A stretch of 64,000 nt of DNA from an uncultured bacterium (lineage in GTDB: Bacteria; Gemmatimonadota; Gemmatimonadetes; Longimicrobiales; Gaopeijiaceae), in the NCBI GenBank assembly GCA_963935005.1, contig CAWWAX010000001.1, positions 52,572-116,571 of the forward strand. Reading direction: 5' to 3'. This document shows, one piece after another, positions 40,354-49,018 of this stretch. The notes beneath the pieces are model-generated. The model was not told where the DNA came from, did no database searches, and was given only the letters and a program-made list of their open reading frames with translations. The first letter of the stretch is position 1. Every line of letters starts with the position of its first letter. A program made the translations under genes and the position numbers.

Positions 40354-41379
40354 CTATCTCTCCTTTAATGAGTGTTGTGGTACTGTGAAAAAGTTTTGAA
40401 AAGAAGTTGTCCACTTACTGGACAGTTGTCCGTGGTTATCACGAATAAATAGAGCGGCTATGTTTCCCTGTTTACTAGCCCACTCGAAGCCTTCATCTGG
40501 ACCCATTACCAATAATGCTGTGGCGAGAGCATCGGCTTCCATGGGATCATTAGAAATGACCGACACACTGCCCCAAGGATCAACTGGAAAGCCCGAATGC
40601 GGGTCGAGAATATGTCCGAATGATTCATTCTCGATCTCTATGAATCGTTCAGACAAACCGGAAGTAGCAATTGATTGATTTGTCAGCCTTACACTGAACA
40701 CCGATCCAGTTCGATCACTGGGATGGGCGACTTGAATAATTCGACCAGATCCTGCAGTCGGGTTTCTAGAATAGACCAAAACTTGCCCGCCAAAATTAAT
40801 TTCAGCATAACTGACAGATGTGCCCAGTAACGGAATAAGGCTAGCAAGTGCAGCTCCTTTACCGAATGCTCCGGTTTCTATCCAGGAAGTACTGAATTTT
40901 TTTGTAGCGGTATGATGCACAACATCTAGATCAAAAGCATCCAATTGTGCGTGGCGTGTTGCTGTCTCAAGTTCCCGGCTGTTCGGCACCCGGCCTTCGC
41001 CTCTCAGGTCCCATACCTTCATCAATGATCCCATGAAAGGACTAAATGAACCCTTCGTTTCTTTCGATATTTCTTCCGCCCTGACGAGCAATGTGAACAA
41101 TTCTCGAGACAGAGGTATCCTCTCGCCGACAGGAGATGTATTGAGCAAGCTTAACTCTGAATCCGACCGCCATGTACTGACGATACTTTCAACTCTTTCC
41201 AGTTCACGGATTGCTCTTTCAGATGCTTGTATAGCGAATTCTCGTGAATCCGCTTCAATGATTACACCAACAGATGTACCCATTACCCAAGCCTCTCTCT
41301 CGACTCGTACCGTCAGGTTTTCTTGTTGGCCTGCTATTGGATTTAGTAGGTATAGTAGGAAGGAAGCTAAGTAAAACAT
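40354..41379 (-). CDS. apbE: FAD:protein FMN transferase (ApbE family), Sec signal
   Basis: ApbE motifs GAFGKGAALASL, IATSGLSERF and DALATALLVMG are present. It has an N-terminal hydrophobic signal. Confidence 0.85.
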   Translation of the reverse strand: MFYLASFLLYLLNPIAGQQENLTVRVEREAWVMGTSVGVIIEADSREFAIQASERAIRELERVESIVSTWRSDSELSLLNTSPVGERIPLSRELFTLLVRAEEISKETKGSFSPFMGSLMKVWDLRGEGRVPNSRELETATRHAQLDAFDLDVVHHTATKKFSTSWIETGAFGKGAALASLIPLLGTSVSYAEINFGGQVLVYSRNPTAGSGRIIQVAHPSDRTGSVFSVRLTNQSIATSGLSERFIEIENESFGHILDPHSGFPVDPWGSVSVISNDPMEADALATALLVMGPDEGFEWASKQGNIAALFIRDNHGQLSSKWTTSFQNFFTVPQHSLKER

Positions 41380-41419
41380 TTCAATTGTTCTGAGCCACGA
41401 ACTCTGTTTTAAATGGGAT

Positions 41420-41434
41420 TGAGAATCATTCTCA
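41420..41434. promoter_or_regulatory. Fur-family-type 7-1-7 operator candidate
   Basis: This is the perfect palindrome TGAGAAT-C-ATTCTCA. It matches the 7-1-7 Fur box TGATAATnATTATCA at 13 of 15 positions and lies 41 nt upstream of the apbE (40354-41379) start. Confidence 0.6.
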
Positions 41435-41593
41435 TATAAGTTACAACAGAATTTACTAGAATCACTTGAGAGGTCAATAGGGGGTACTGATGTCCTAAGC
41501 CTTAGAATTTTCGGAAAAGGATTTTTGATAATTCGTCCGACAAACTCCTTTGCCTATCCTTAAATCATTTTAGCGACAGGGGTAAGATTACCC

Positions 41594-41621
41594 ATGAAAA
41601 CATCTCAGTAGATGTTTTCAT
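41594..41621 (-). terminator. Strong hairpin just downstream of the M28 peptidase stop
   Basis: ATGAAAACATCT-cagt-AGATGTTTTCAT forms a 12-bp perfect stem with a 4-nt loop, 6 nt after the stop at 41628. The U-run lies inside the stem rather than trailing it. Confidence 0.5.
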
Positions 41622-41627
41622 AAAAGA

Positions 41628-43088
41628 TCAGCTTATGGGCACTCTTGGAATTTTTTCATCCCTCATGGCTGCATGATACAGGAATACAGCCAATACAATC
41701 GCATTCTCCCTTAGATCTTCTTCGGATACCCTTTCGTAAAAATCCATGTTGGTGTGATGTGTCCGGACATCATAATCACGATAATCCTGCAGTGTGTTAA
41801 AACCCGGCAACCCAGCACGACTGAAAGACAGATGGTCGGTACTCCCTATATTCTCTATGACATTTTTTCGGGCTCCGATATCTGTCAGTGGTTCCAGCCA
41901 AGCATCAAAGATTTCTTTTGCTGAAGAGTTCTCTTGCATATACCATCCATAGATAGCACCTGTGCCGGGATCATGATTGAAGTAAACGGAAAAATTATCA
42001 CGGTTTCTGGTGTTATCCGGACCGTAATGTTTCTCCACATATTGTCTGGAACCGTGCAATCCCTGCTCTTCCGAACCCCAAAGAGCCATTCTTATTGTTC
42101 GCCTTGGAGCAATACCCAGCTCTTTTAGAATTCTCATGGCCTCCATCGTCGCCGCAGTCGCATCAGCATTGTCGGTCGCACCAGTAGCTGAATGCCAAGA
42201 ATCCAAATGTGCTCCCACCATCACTATCTCTTCACCAATTTCTGGGTCTGTTCCCTTTATTTCTCCCAAAACGTTATAGCCATTCGTGTCCTCTTCGTGG
42301 AATTCTGCTTTGACGCTAACTTTGAGTTCTACAGGCTCCCCAGACTCCAAGAGTCTCACCAACATATTGTAGTGTTCCGACGCTGTTATAACTGTAGAAA
42401 CTGCAGTTTCCGGGTTGTCACGACCCAAAACGAACATCGTCCCATGTTCGCCTTGGCTGGGCCTAAGAACTGCACCAACTCCAGCATCATGCAAAAGTTG
42501 CGCAAGAGTTGCACGATCTGCTGGCATCTCAGTAGGAAGGAAGCGAGGAGCACCAATACGAACTGATTCCTCTGAGTCAGCAGGCTGCAGTCGATCTTCT
42601 TTAATAAACTCTGACTGTGGTTTGGCTACCAAAACTATCTTTCCTCTAAGATCTCCCGCACGATCAGCAATCTCTTTGGCTGTCCAATCTCCGATATAAA
42701 TGGGTGCTCCCTGCAGGACACCCACTGTACTCGGTGTCCAAGCTTCAGGGAACCCGATAATTGGAAAATACCGTGGTCCAATCATCTCAAGGGTCAAACC
42801 TTCTAGAGTCCAGCCTCTTCCGTATTCCCAGCTTTCCAAGTGAACTTCCTCTAGTCCCCATTTTTCCAGATTTTCCATAGACCAATCAGCGGCCCTCTTA
42901 TAGGCTGGTGTTGCTGAAAGCCTAGGTCCAATGACGTTGGTTAAATAACCAAAATGTTTCATAACCTGAGATCGTTCGGTGCCTTCCTGTATGATCCGTT
43001 CAACAACTTCTAAATCGACAGGTTCTTGTGCATCGACTGTTCCAAAAGCAATTGACAAAAAGAGGAGCATAGAAATGCTATACTTCAT
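41628..43088 (-). CDS. M28-family aminopeptidase with PA domain, exported
   Basis: It contains GAHLDSWHSATGATDNADATAATMEAMRIL, WGSEEQGLHGS and STDHLSF. A signal peptide follows the ATG at 43088 (RBS GGAGAA). The longer track ORF overlaps the upstream gene. Confidence 0.88.
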   Translation of the reverse strand: MKYSISMLLFLSIAFGTVDAQEPVDLEVVERIIQEGTERSQVMKHFGYLTNVIGPRLSATPAYKRAADWSMENLEKWGLEEVHLESWEYGRGWTLEGLTLEMIGPRYFPIIGFPEAWTPSTVGVLQGAPIYIGDWTAKEIADRAGDLRGKIVLVAKPQSEFIKEDRLQPADSEESVRIGAPRFLPTEMPADRATLAQLLHDAGVGAVLRPSQGEHGTMFVLGRDNPETAVSTVITASEHYNMLVRLLESGEPVELKVSVKAEFHEEDTNGYNVLGEIKGTDPEIGEEIVMVGAHLDSWHSATGATDNADATAATMEAMRILKELGIAPRRTIRMALWGSEEQGLHGSRQYVEKHYGPDNTRNRDNFSVYFNHDPGTGAIYGWYMQENSSAKEIFDAWLEPLTDIGARKNVIENIGSTDHLSFSRAGLPGFNTLQDYRDYDVRTHHTNMDFYERVSEEDLRENAIVLAVFLYHAAMRDEKIPRVPIS

Positions 43089-43147
43089 AGTTTTCTCCAC
43101 AGTAGGTATGAAAAATGATCCAAACATTTCACCAAACATTCTTCTAA

Positions 43148-44395
43148 TTATACGAGGGTCTTGCACCACCTCGAAACATCCAAAGTGTATAACTGTCGGA
43201 CAACTCCTTCGTGAACCGAATCAATACATATCAATTTCCCCTCCCGGTCCCAGCGAGGATGTAAATCACAGCGAGCATCTTTGGTAAGGCTGGGATCTGC
43301 AAAAAAATCTCCCAAGTGGATCACTTCTTCCGTCTCCATGTCAAACAGTAAAAGACTCCGCTTGAAGTCATCGGGATCTGGATAAGTATCTGTAAGTAAC
43401 CACTTCTTATCTGGGCTACATGTAAAGTGTCCATTCTCCCGTAGGATATGCCCCCCTATTTCTTCAACATCGTCAGATCTGTCGAAATAACGGTGATACC
43501 GACTCCGACCGTTCCGGGTTGACCAAGCCAAGATCTGATTATCATCCAACCAAACAGGATGCGAAATCTGATTCACATTTTTTTCATACTCATAGGTCCA
43601 AACTTCATCCGTCTGTCCTACTAGCAGTGGATATTCACTCGACTGAAGAACCTTAACATCAGAACCATCAGGGCTAATAGTCATTAACCGATGGAACCAC
43701 TGATTTTCATCAGCTACACACTCGGACCACCGATGCAGAAATAAAATGCGGGTCCCAATCGGATTTACCGCAGCATGCGAAAACCAATGGGTCGCCTTCG
43801 ACATAGAATCTTCAGTGGAAAAATCAGAAGCGTCCCTGTAGCTAAAGATGAGCATCTCTTTTCTTGTTTCCAGATCGACATAGAAAAGCCCATCGTTATC
43901 CGGACAGCCGTCCAAATTATAATCCACGGGATGACTGGAGTAACCGATTGCAGGATGCGTAACTGCAAGCCGGTCATAGTTATATGAAACTATGAAATCA
44001 CCCTGCGGAGAGGCTGCTGCCAGTGGCCTTCCATACAATGTCTCTTCATTCCTATCGATATCAAACATTATCGTTCCGTACCCCTCAGGTATCGCCCTAT
44101 TAAAAAGAATTTTTTTCCCGGAACGATTCTCAAGCCATTGAAGCATTGACCCTTGTTGCCAATTCCAGCTGTTTGTGGTCGTCAGAGGAATGAAGCTATT
44201 CCTTCTCTCCATATCGCAATATCCTACCGCAGCTAAGGTGTCCCCAGTCGGAAGGTCCATTCCGGAAATTCTATGGAACAACAAATGATTATTTGATTGA
44301 TCCCAAGGACATTTGTCGTAGTAACCAAAAAAACAATGCGAAGAACCGTCCGAAACCATCCTAACATCGGGTACGTTGAGTTCCTTACTACTCAT
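43148..44395 (-). CDS. Hypothetical cytoplasmic protein, TolB/oligogalacturonate-lyase-like beta-propeller suspected
   Basis: This is a long ORF without a signal peptide. Propeller-like segments include SPDGSDVKVL, CSPDKKWLLTD and DLHPRWDREGKLICIDS. It is coupled by ATGA overlap with the upstream SDR gene. The function is unknown. Confidence 0.5.
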   Translation of the reverse strand: MSSKELNVPDVRMVSDGSSHCFFGYYDKCPWDQSNNHLLFHRISGMDLPTGDTLAAVGYCDMERRNSFIPLTTTNSWNWQQGSMLQWLENRSGKKILFNRAIPEGYGTIMFDIDRNEETLYGRPLAAASPQGDFIVSYNYDRLAVTHPAIGYSSHPVDYNLDGCPDNDGLFYVDLETRKEMLIFSYRDASDFSTEDSMSKATHWFSHAAVNPIGTRILFLHRWSECVADENQWFHRLMTISPDGSDVKVLQSSEYPLLVGQTDEVWTYEYEKNVNQISHPVWLDDNQILAWSTRNGRSRYHRYFDRSDDVEEIGGHILRENGHFTCSPDKKWLLTDTYPDPDDFKRSLLLFDMETEEVIHLGDFFADPSLTKDARCDLHPRWDREGKLICIDSVHEGVVRQLYTLDVSRWCKTLV

Positions 44396-45333
44396 CTTAC
44401 TCCAGTCAAACCTTCACTCAGAATTCTGAGAAGATCTCTTGCTTCTGGATCATGTGCCTGGTCATGCGCCCTTCCTACTTCCATACCCCTGAAATATTGT
44501 CCAGGTACGACATCTCCCGACCGGATAAGCTGCATCACTGCGTCGGCGCCTTCGTTCACACTGGTTCTAGGCTGCACTCCAGCCCTTCGGACCATTTCTG
44601 TGTCCATATAGGTAGCAGGATGCAGTGAAACAGGGATGACTTCCGTACCCTGAAGTTCTTCTGCCAAATCAAGCGTGAATAATATCTGTGCTAGCTTGCT
44701 CTGTGCATAAGCTCGGCCACCTGAAAAATTATTTTCTATCATTACATCATCGAAATCAATCGCAGTCTGGGCAGCAGAAGAGACATTCACAATACGGGAC
44801 GGCTGACTATCAAGAATTAGTGGCATCAGCATCTTTGTGAGAAGAAATCCAGCCAAGTAATTCACCTGAAAACGTAATTCATGACCGTCCTCAGAAATCA
44901 TTCGCTGATCTGGAGCGGAGCCAAAACCTGCATTATTGACTAACACATCCAAGCGACTATAGTCCGTCAAGATTCGTTCTCCTAATGCCCTTATTTGTTC
45001 AAGAGAGGAGAAGTCGGCCCTATAGAATCGGGCACTACCAGAACCTTCCGCAATGATTTGCTCCACCAGCTCATTTCCTCTTTCAGAATTCCGGCCATGA
45101 ACAATCACGTGCGCCCCTTGAGATCCGAGCCTCCGAGCCACTTCCCTACCCAGGCCCCCAGTAGAACCCGTGACCAAGATTACTTCTTGACCAGGTTGTG
45201 GTGGTGGACCGATTTTTTCCAGACTATAGTCCCCCAAATAATAGGGAACTGCCAAACTCGGAGTGGCAATAAGGATTAAAGACAAGAAGCCAATCAGAAC
45301 AAACCTATACTTGACTACGCCAGGCAACTGCAT
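44392..45333 (-). CDS. Short-chain dehydrogenase/reductase (SDR), N-terminal membrane anchor or signal
   Basis: It has TGSTGGLGREVA (TGxxxGxG), NNAG and YAQSKLA (YxxxK). Confidence 0.88.
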   Translation of the reverse strand: MQLPGVVKYRFVLIGFLSLILIATPSLAVPYYLGDYSLEKIGPPPQPGQEVILVTGSTGGLGREVARRLGSQGAHVIVHGRNSERGNELVEQIIAEGSGSARFYRADFSSLEQIRALGERILTDYSRLDVLVNNAGFGSAPDQRMISEDGHELRFQVNYLAGFLLTKMLMPLILDSQPSRIVNVSSAAQTAIDFDDVMIENNFSGGRAYAQSKLAQILFTLDLAEELQGTEVIPVSLHPATYMDTEMVRRAGVQPRTSVNEGADAVMQLIRSGDVVPGQYFRGMEVGRAHDQAHDPEARDLLRILSEGLTGVR

Positions 45334-45533
45334 TCTCCGCCTCCTTATAAGGTGGTTACAGGAAGATCATAAGAATCATTGGAATATTCAGCAATGAAAG
45401 CAAAATAAGCTGTAATCATTCGCTCGTTTTATTTATAAAAACGCTTTATAGAGATGACGGGAGACTAACCTGGCCATAATATGGTATGGATGCAGTAAAA
45501 CTCTAGGACTGAAAAACTAGCATCCCAGTCCAA

Positions 45534-47822
45534 ATGGACCCAGAAGAGGAACCTATGACTATAAGGGAACTAAAGAACTTGAATACCAATAACACCAGTG
45601 TGATCTCATTGCTTTTGGTAATTATCTTTACTGGTTGCGAGTCCGTTTCCTCTGACTTTCAAGAATTAGCAGAGAGTCATCTGCCTCAAATAGAAGGTGA
45701 AATCAACATTCCTGGACTTCGTTCTGAAGTAGAAATTATTAGGGATTCCTGGGGAGTACCCCACATTTATGCTGATAATATGGATGACTTATTCTTCGCC
45801 CAAGGTTTTGTTCAGGCACAAGACAGACTCTGGCAAATGGATATGTATCGCAGGGCTGGTGAAGGACGACTATCAGAAATATTGGGTGGACAATGGCTGG
45901 AACATGATCGCAGTGCAAGATTACTTAAATATAGGGGCCCATGGACAGAAGAAGAATTCAGTAGCTACCATCCCGAGGGATACCGTATCCTGACCGCCTT
46001 CTCCTCTGGAGTGAACGCCTACATAGACCATGCCACCTCATCGGGAGAATTACCTGTTGAATTCACTTTGACAGGTATTGAACCGGAACCATGGACAGCT
46101 GAAACTCCACTCTTGAGAATCGCAACAGCGATGCCCACTCGAGATGGCATGAGGGAAATCTCCCTCGCTCAAAGTGTATTGGACCTGGGTCCAGCAGAAG
46201 CAAACCGACAAGCTCGGCCGACTCCTTTTAGAGACTTGGTCGTCCCGAGAGGGCTGAACCTTCCAGTCATCAACCAAGACATCGCAAATGGACTAAGAGG
46301 ATTCCGTGGTACAATAGTAAGACCGAATGTGATCGAACCTTACAACTCTTGGGATAATAGACAGGCGTCAGTAAATCTGGGCCCCTTCGAGCATTCTCCC
46401 GGAAGTAACAACTGGGTGATCAGCGGCGACCTCACAGCTTCGGGAAAAGTTATTCTGGCGAATGACCCGCACCGTGGTGTCACAAATCCTTCTCTGCGCT
46501 ATATGGTTCATCTGGATGCTCCAGGATGGACAGCTATCGGCTCTACAGAACCTGTGCTGCCCGGTGTAGCTATCGGACACAATGGAAGGATTGGATGGGG
46601 ATTAACTATTGTGGGAACAGATCAATCAGATGTATACCAAGAAACAGTGAACCCAGAAAACCCGAATGAAGTTTTATGGAACCGAGAATATGAATCGATA
46701 CGGGTAGAAACGGACACCATCTACGTGAAAGGTGAAGAGCCACAACTGGTTGACCTAAGGTTCACACGGCACGGACCTATCTTCTTTGAAGACCAAGAAA
46801 ATGATTTGGTTTATTCACTGCGTTCTACCATGCACGAACCTGGTACGACTGGCTACTTGCCGGCTCTGCGACTAAATGAGGCTAATGATTGCTCTGAATT
46901 CCTTGAAGCCATGAATTATTGGATGGCACCTACTGAAAACATGATCTGCGGTGACATTCAAGGGAATATAGCCTGGCAAGCTGCCGCCTTATCCCCAAAA
47001 AGAGATGGCTGGCACGGTAGATTACCAGTTCCTGGAACGGGCGAATATGAATGGGATGGTTTCCGGAATGATCTACCTACAGAGTTCAATCCCTCTCGGG
47101 GCTGGATAGGAACCGCCAACCATGACATCCATCCGCCTAACTATGACCCTCCTCTTTTCTTCAAAACGGCTCCTGCACTCACTCCTCGAATCTTGAGAGT
47201 GCAAGACGTCTTAAATAACGGGAGTCAATTCACAATCCAAGATTCCAAAGACCTTCAACACGACGCCTACTCTTCCTCTTCCTTTGCATCTCTTGAGTTA
47301 CTGAGAGGCTGGGTTGCAAGTGACCCAGAAGTAGAAGCCTTTCGCCAAGAAGTAGAGTCTTGGGACGGAATATATGGACGGGATAGTCGGCCAGCTGCAA
47401 TTTTCAGCCATCTACAAGGACTTCTCCAGGACGAGCCGATCACAGAAGACGTCTTTATCCAAGCTCTCAACAGTATCCAGCAAGAACAAGGTGAAGACTC
47501 TGATCAGTGGAGATGGGGTAGAATCCAAAGAAGTGAATTCCCCCACGATCTGATATCTGCATATGATATCGAACCCGTCGAAAGGCGGGGAGGAGCGGGA
47601 ACTGTAGCTGCTACCGGTGCAACTTTTAGAGAAATAATAGACTTCTCTGACCTGGACGGCTCACAGGCTACGATCAGCCCAGGACAGTCTGGTCGACCCG
47701 GAAGTCCATTCTATGATAACCTGGCTGAAAGCTGGGGTAACCAAGAATACTTCCCTCTTTCCTTTAGTAGAGAAGCGGTAGAACGAAATGGCCAGTATAC
47801 CTTGACCCTAAAACCGATGTAG
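45534..47822 (+). CDS. Penicillin-acylase-family Ntn hydrolase (penicillin/AHL-acylase-like), lipoprotein
   Basis: The autoprocessing/nucleophile site is ...HSPGSNNWVISGD, with family blocks DRLWQMD and NDPH. It has the lipobox IFTGC. The start is 45534 or 45555. Confidence 0.88.
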   Translation: MDPEEEPMTIRELKNLNTNNTSVISLLLVIIFTGCESVSSDFQELAESHLPQIEGEINIPGLRSEVEIIRDSWGVPHIYADNMDDLFFAQGFVQAQDRLWQMDMYRRAGEGRLSEILGGQWLEHDRSARLLKYRGPWTEEEFSSYHPEGYRILTAFSSGVNAYIDHATSSGELPVEFTLTGIEPEPWTAETPLLRIATAMPTRDGMREISLAQSVLDLGPAEANRQARPTPFRDLVVPRGLNLPVINQDIANGLRGFRGTIVRPNVIEPYNSWDNRQASVNLGPFEHSPGSNNWVISGDLTASGKVILANDPHRGVTNPSLRYMVHLDAPGWTAIGSTEPVLPGVAIGHNGRIGWGLTIVGTDQSDVYQETVNPENPNEVLWNREYESIRVETDTIYVKGEEPQLVDLRFTRHGPIFFEDQENDLVYSLRSTMHEPGTTGYLPALRLNEANDCSEFLEAMNYWMAPTENMICGDIQGNIAWQAAALSPKRDGWHGRLPVPGTGEYEWDGFRNDLPTEFNPSRGWIGTANHDIHPPNYDPPLFFKTAPALTPRILRVQDVLNNGSQFTIQDSKDLQHDAYSSSSFASLELLRGWVASDPEVEAFRQEVESWDGIYGRDSRPAAIFSHLQGLLQDEPITEDVFIQALNSIQQEQGEDSDQWRWGRIQRSEFPHDLISAYDIEPVERRGGAGTVAATGATFREIIDFSDLDGSQATISPGQSGRPGSPFYDNLAESWGNQEYFPLSFSREAVERNGQYTLTLKPM

Positions 47823-47896
47823 GGAAACAAAAAAGAATTGAGCTTGGATACACCTGTCGACCGAAGTGGCGGAAATACGCCTTAGGCCCTTCTCCC

Positions 47897-48781
47897 CTAG
47901 GCCCTCTTGGTCTCTCTCATGGTATTAGACAACTTCCCAAGGTTACCGATCTCTACTGCATAACTATCACCTTCGGTCATCCATGCCTTATCTTCCCTGC
48001 CCATGATGACTCCAGGAGGAGTTCCAGTGATAACGACATCACCTGGGTCGAGAGTTATGTACTGACTGATATAGCTGATGATCTCTGCGACCGTAAAAAT
48101 CATGTCTGAGGTATTGCTGTCCTGACGAATCTCTCCATTCAGCCAACCCCGGATAGAAAGATCTTGAGGATCTGGAACTTCATCACTAGTCACCAGATAA
48201 GGCCCTATTGGCAAGAATCCGTCCAAGGCTTTCCCAAGCAACCACTGTCCCGATCGGAACTGTAGTTCGCGCTCACTGATGTCATTAGAAGTGCAGTAGC
48301 CGAAAACTTTATCTAAAGCATTCTCGACGGAAACTCTTTGTGTCTTTTCTCCCATGACAAAAGCCAGCTCTGCCTCGTAGTCAACTCTAACCAGGCCGGT
48401 GATATCTATATCCTGACCCGGGGCAGCTATGGAGTTATTAAACTTGTTAAATAGTACCGGCTCATTTGGAATATCCATACCTGCTTCAGCAGCGTGTTCT
48501 CGATAATTCAAACCCACACAAATAACCTTATGAGGGTTGATTACGGCTGGACCGAATTCCACATCCTCCTCGTTATGGCAACATCCAGGACTCTCCAAGG
48601 CTTTCTCTATTAGTCTCTTCCACTCAGAAAGATCGCCAACACCACCCTTTACCAAAGCATCATAGGTACATGGAATTTCCACACCTATCCGACTAGAAGC
48701 TGCCTGTACATCAACAACTTGTTCATCCGATTTCAATCCGAGTTTGAAATCACCATCTTTCTTAAAGGTCAGGAATCTCAT
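47897..48781 (-). CDS. FAH-family hydrolase/isomerase (cytoplasmic)
   Basis: It contains KVICVGLNYREHA, DYEAELAFVMG, NDISERE and PGDVVITGTPPGV. Confidence 0.88.
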   Translation of the reverse strand: MRFLTFKKDGDFKLGLKSDEQVVDVQAASSRIGVEIPCTYDALVKGGVGDLSEWKRLIEKALESPGCCHNEEDVEFGPAVINPHKVICVGLNYREHAAEAGMDIPNEPVLFNKFNNSIAAPGQDIDITGLVRVDYEAELAFVMGEKTQRVSVENALDKVFGYCTSNDISERELQFRSGQWLLGKALDGFLPIGPYLVTSDEVPDPQDLSIRGWLNGEIRQDSNTSDMIFTVAEIISYISQYITLDPGDVVITGTPPGVIMGREDKAWMTEGDSYAVEIGNLGKLSNTMRETKRA

Positions 48782-49018
48782 GCGTCAAATCACCTTTTCA
48801 TAATTATCAAAAACCCTGGTCACCCTAGGATCTATAGAACCCATATCCGAACAGCCTGTAAAGGAATAACTACAATTTTACATTTTTCATATCAACAAGG
48901 ATAACTTATGTCTCCCCTTTGACCACAGAGTGATATCTCTTCTGTGGCGGATTAACTTGCCGTCCCTTATGGTTTCACATCTATCCTCACAGACATCTCA
49001 AAAACTCACAGCAAACAC

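Noticed and set aside
45334-45533. AATCATT-containing sequences (TAAGAATCATTGGAA and CTGTAATCATTCGCT) that looked like further Fur-type boxes between the SDR and acylase genes
   Set aside because: Only one half-site matches in each case, and the partner arm is not complementary. This is too weak to call.
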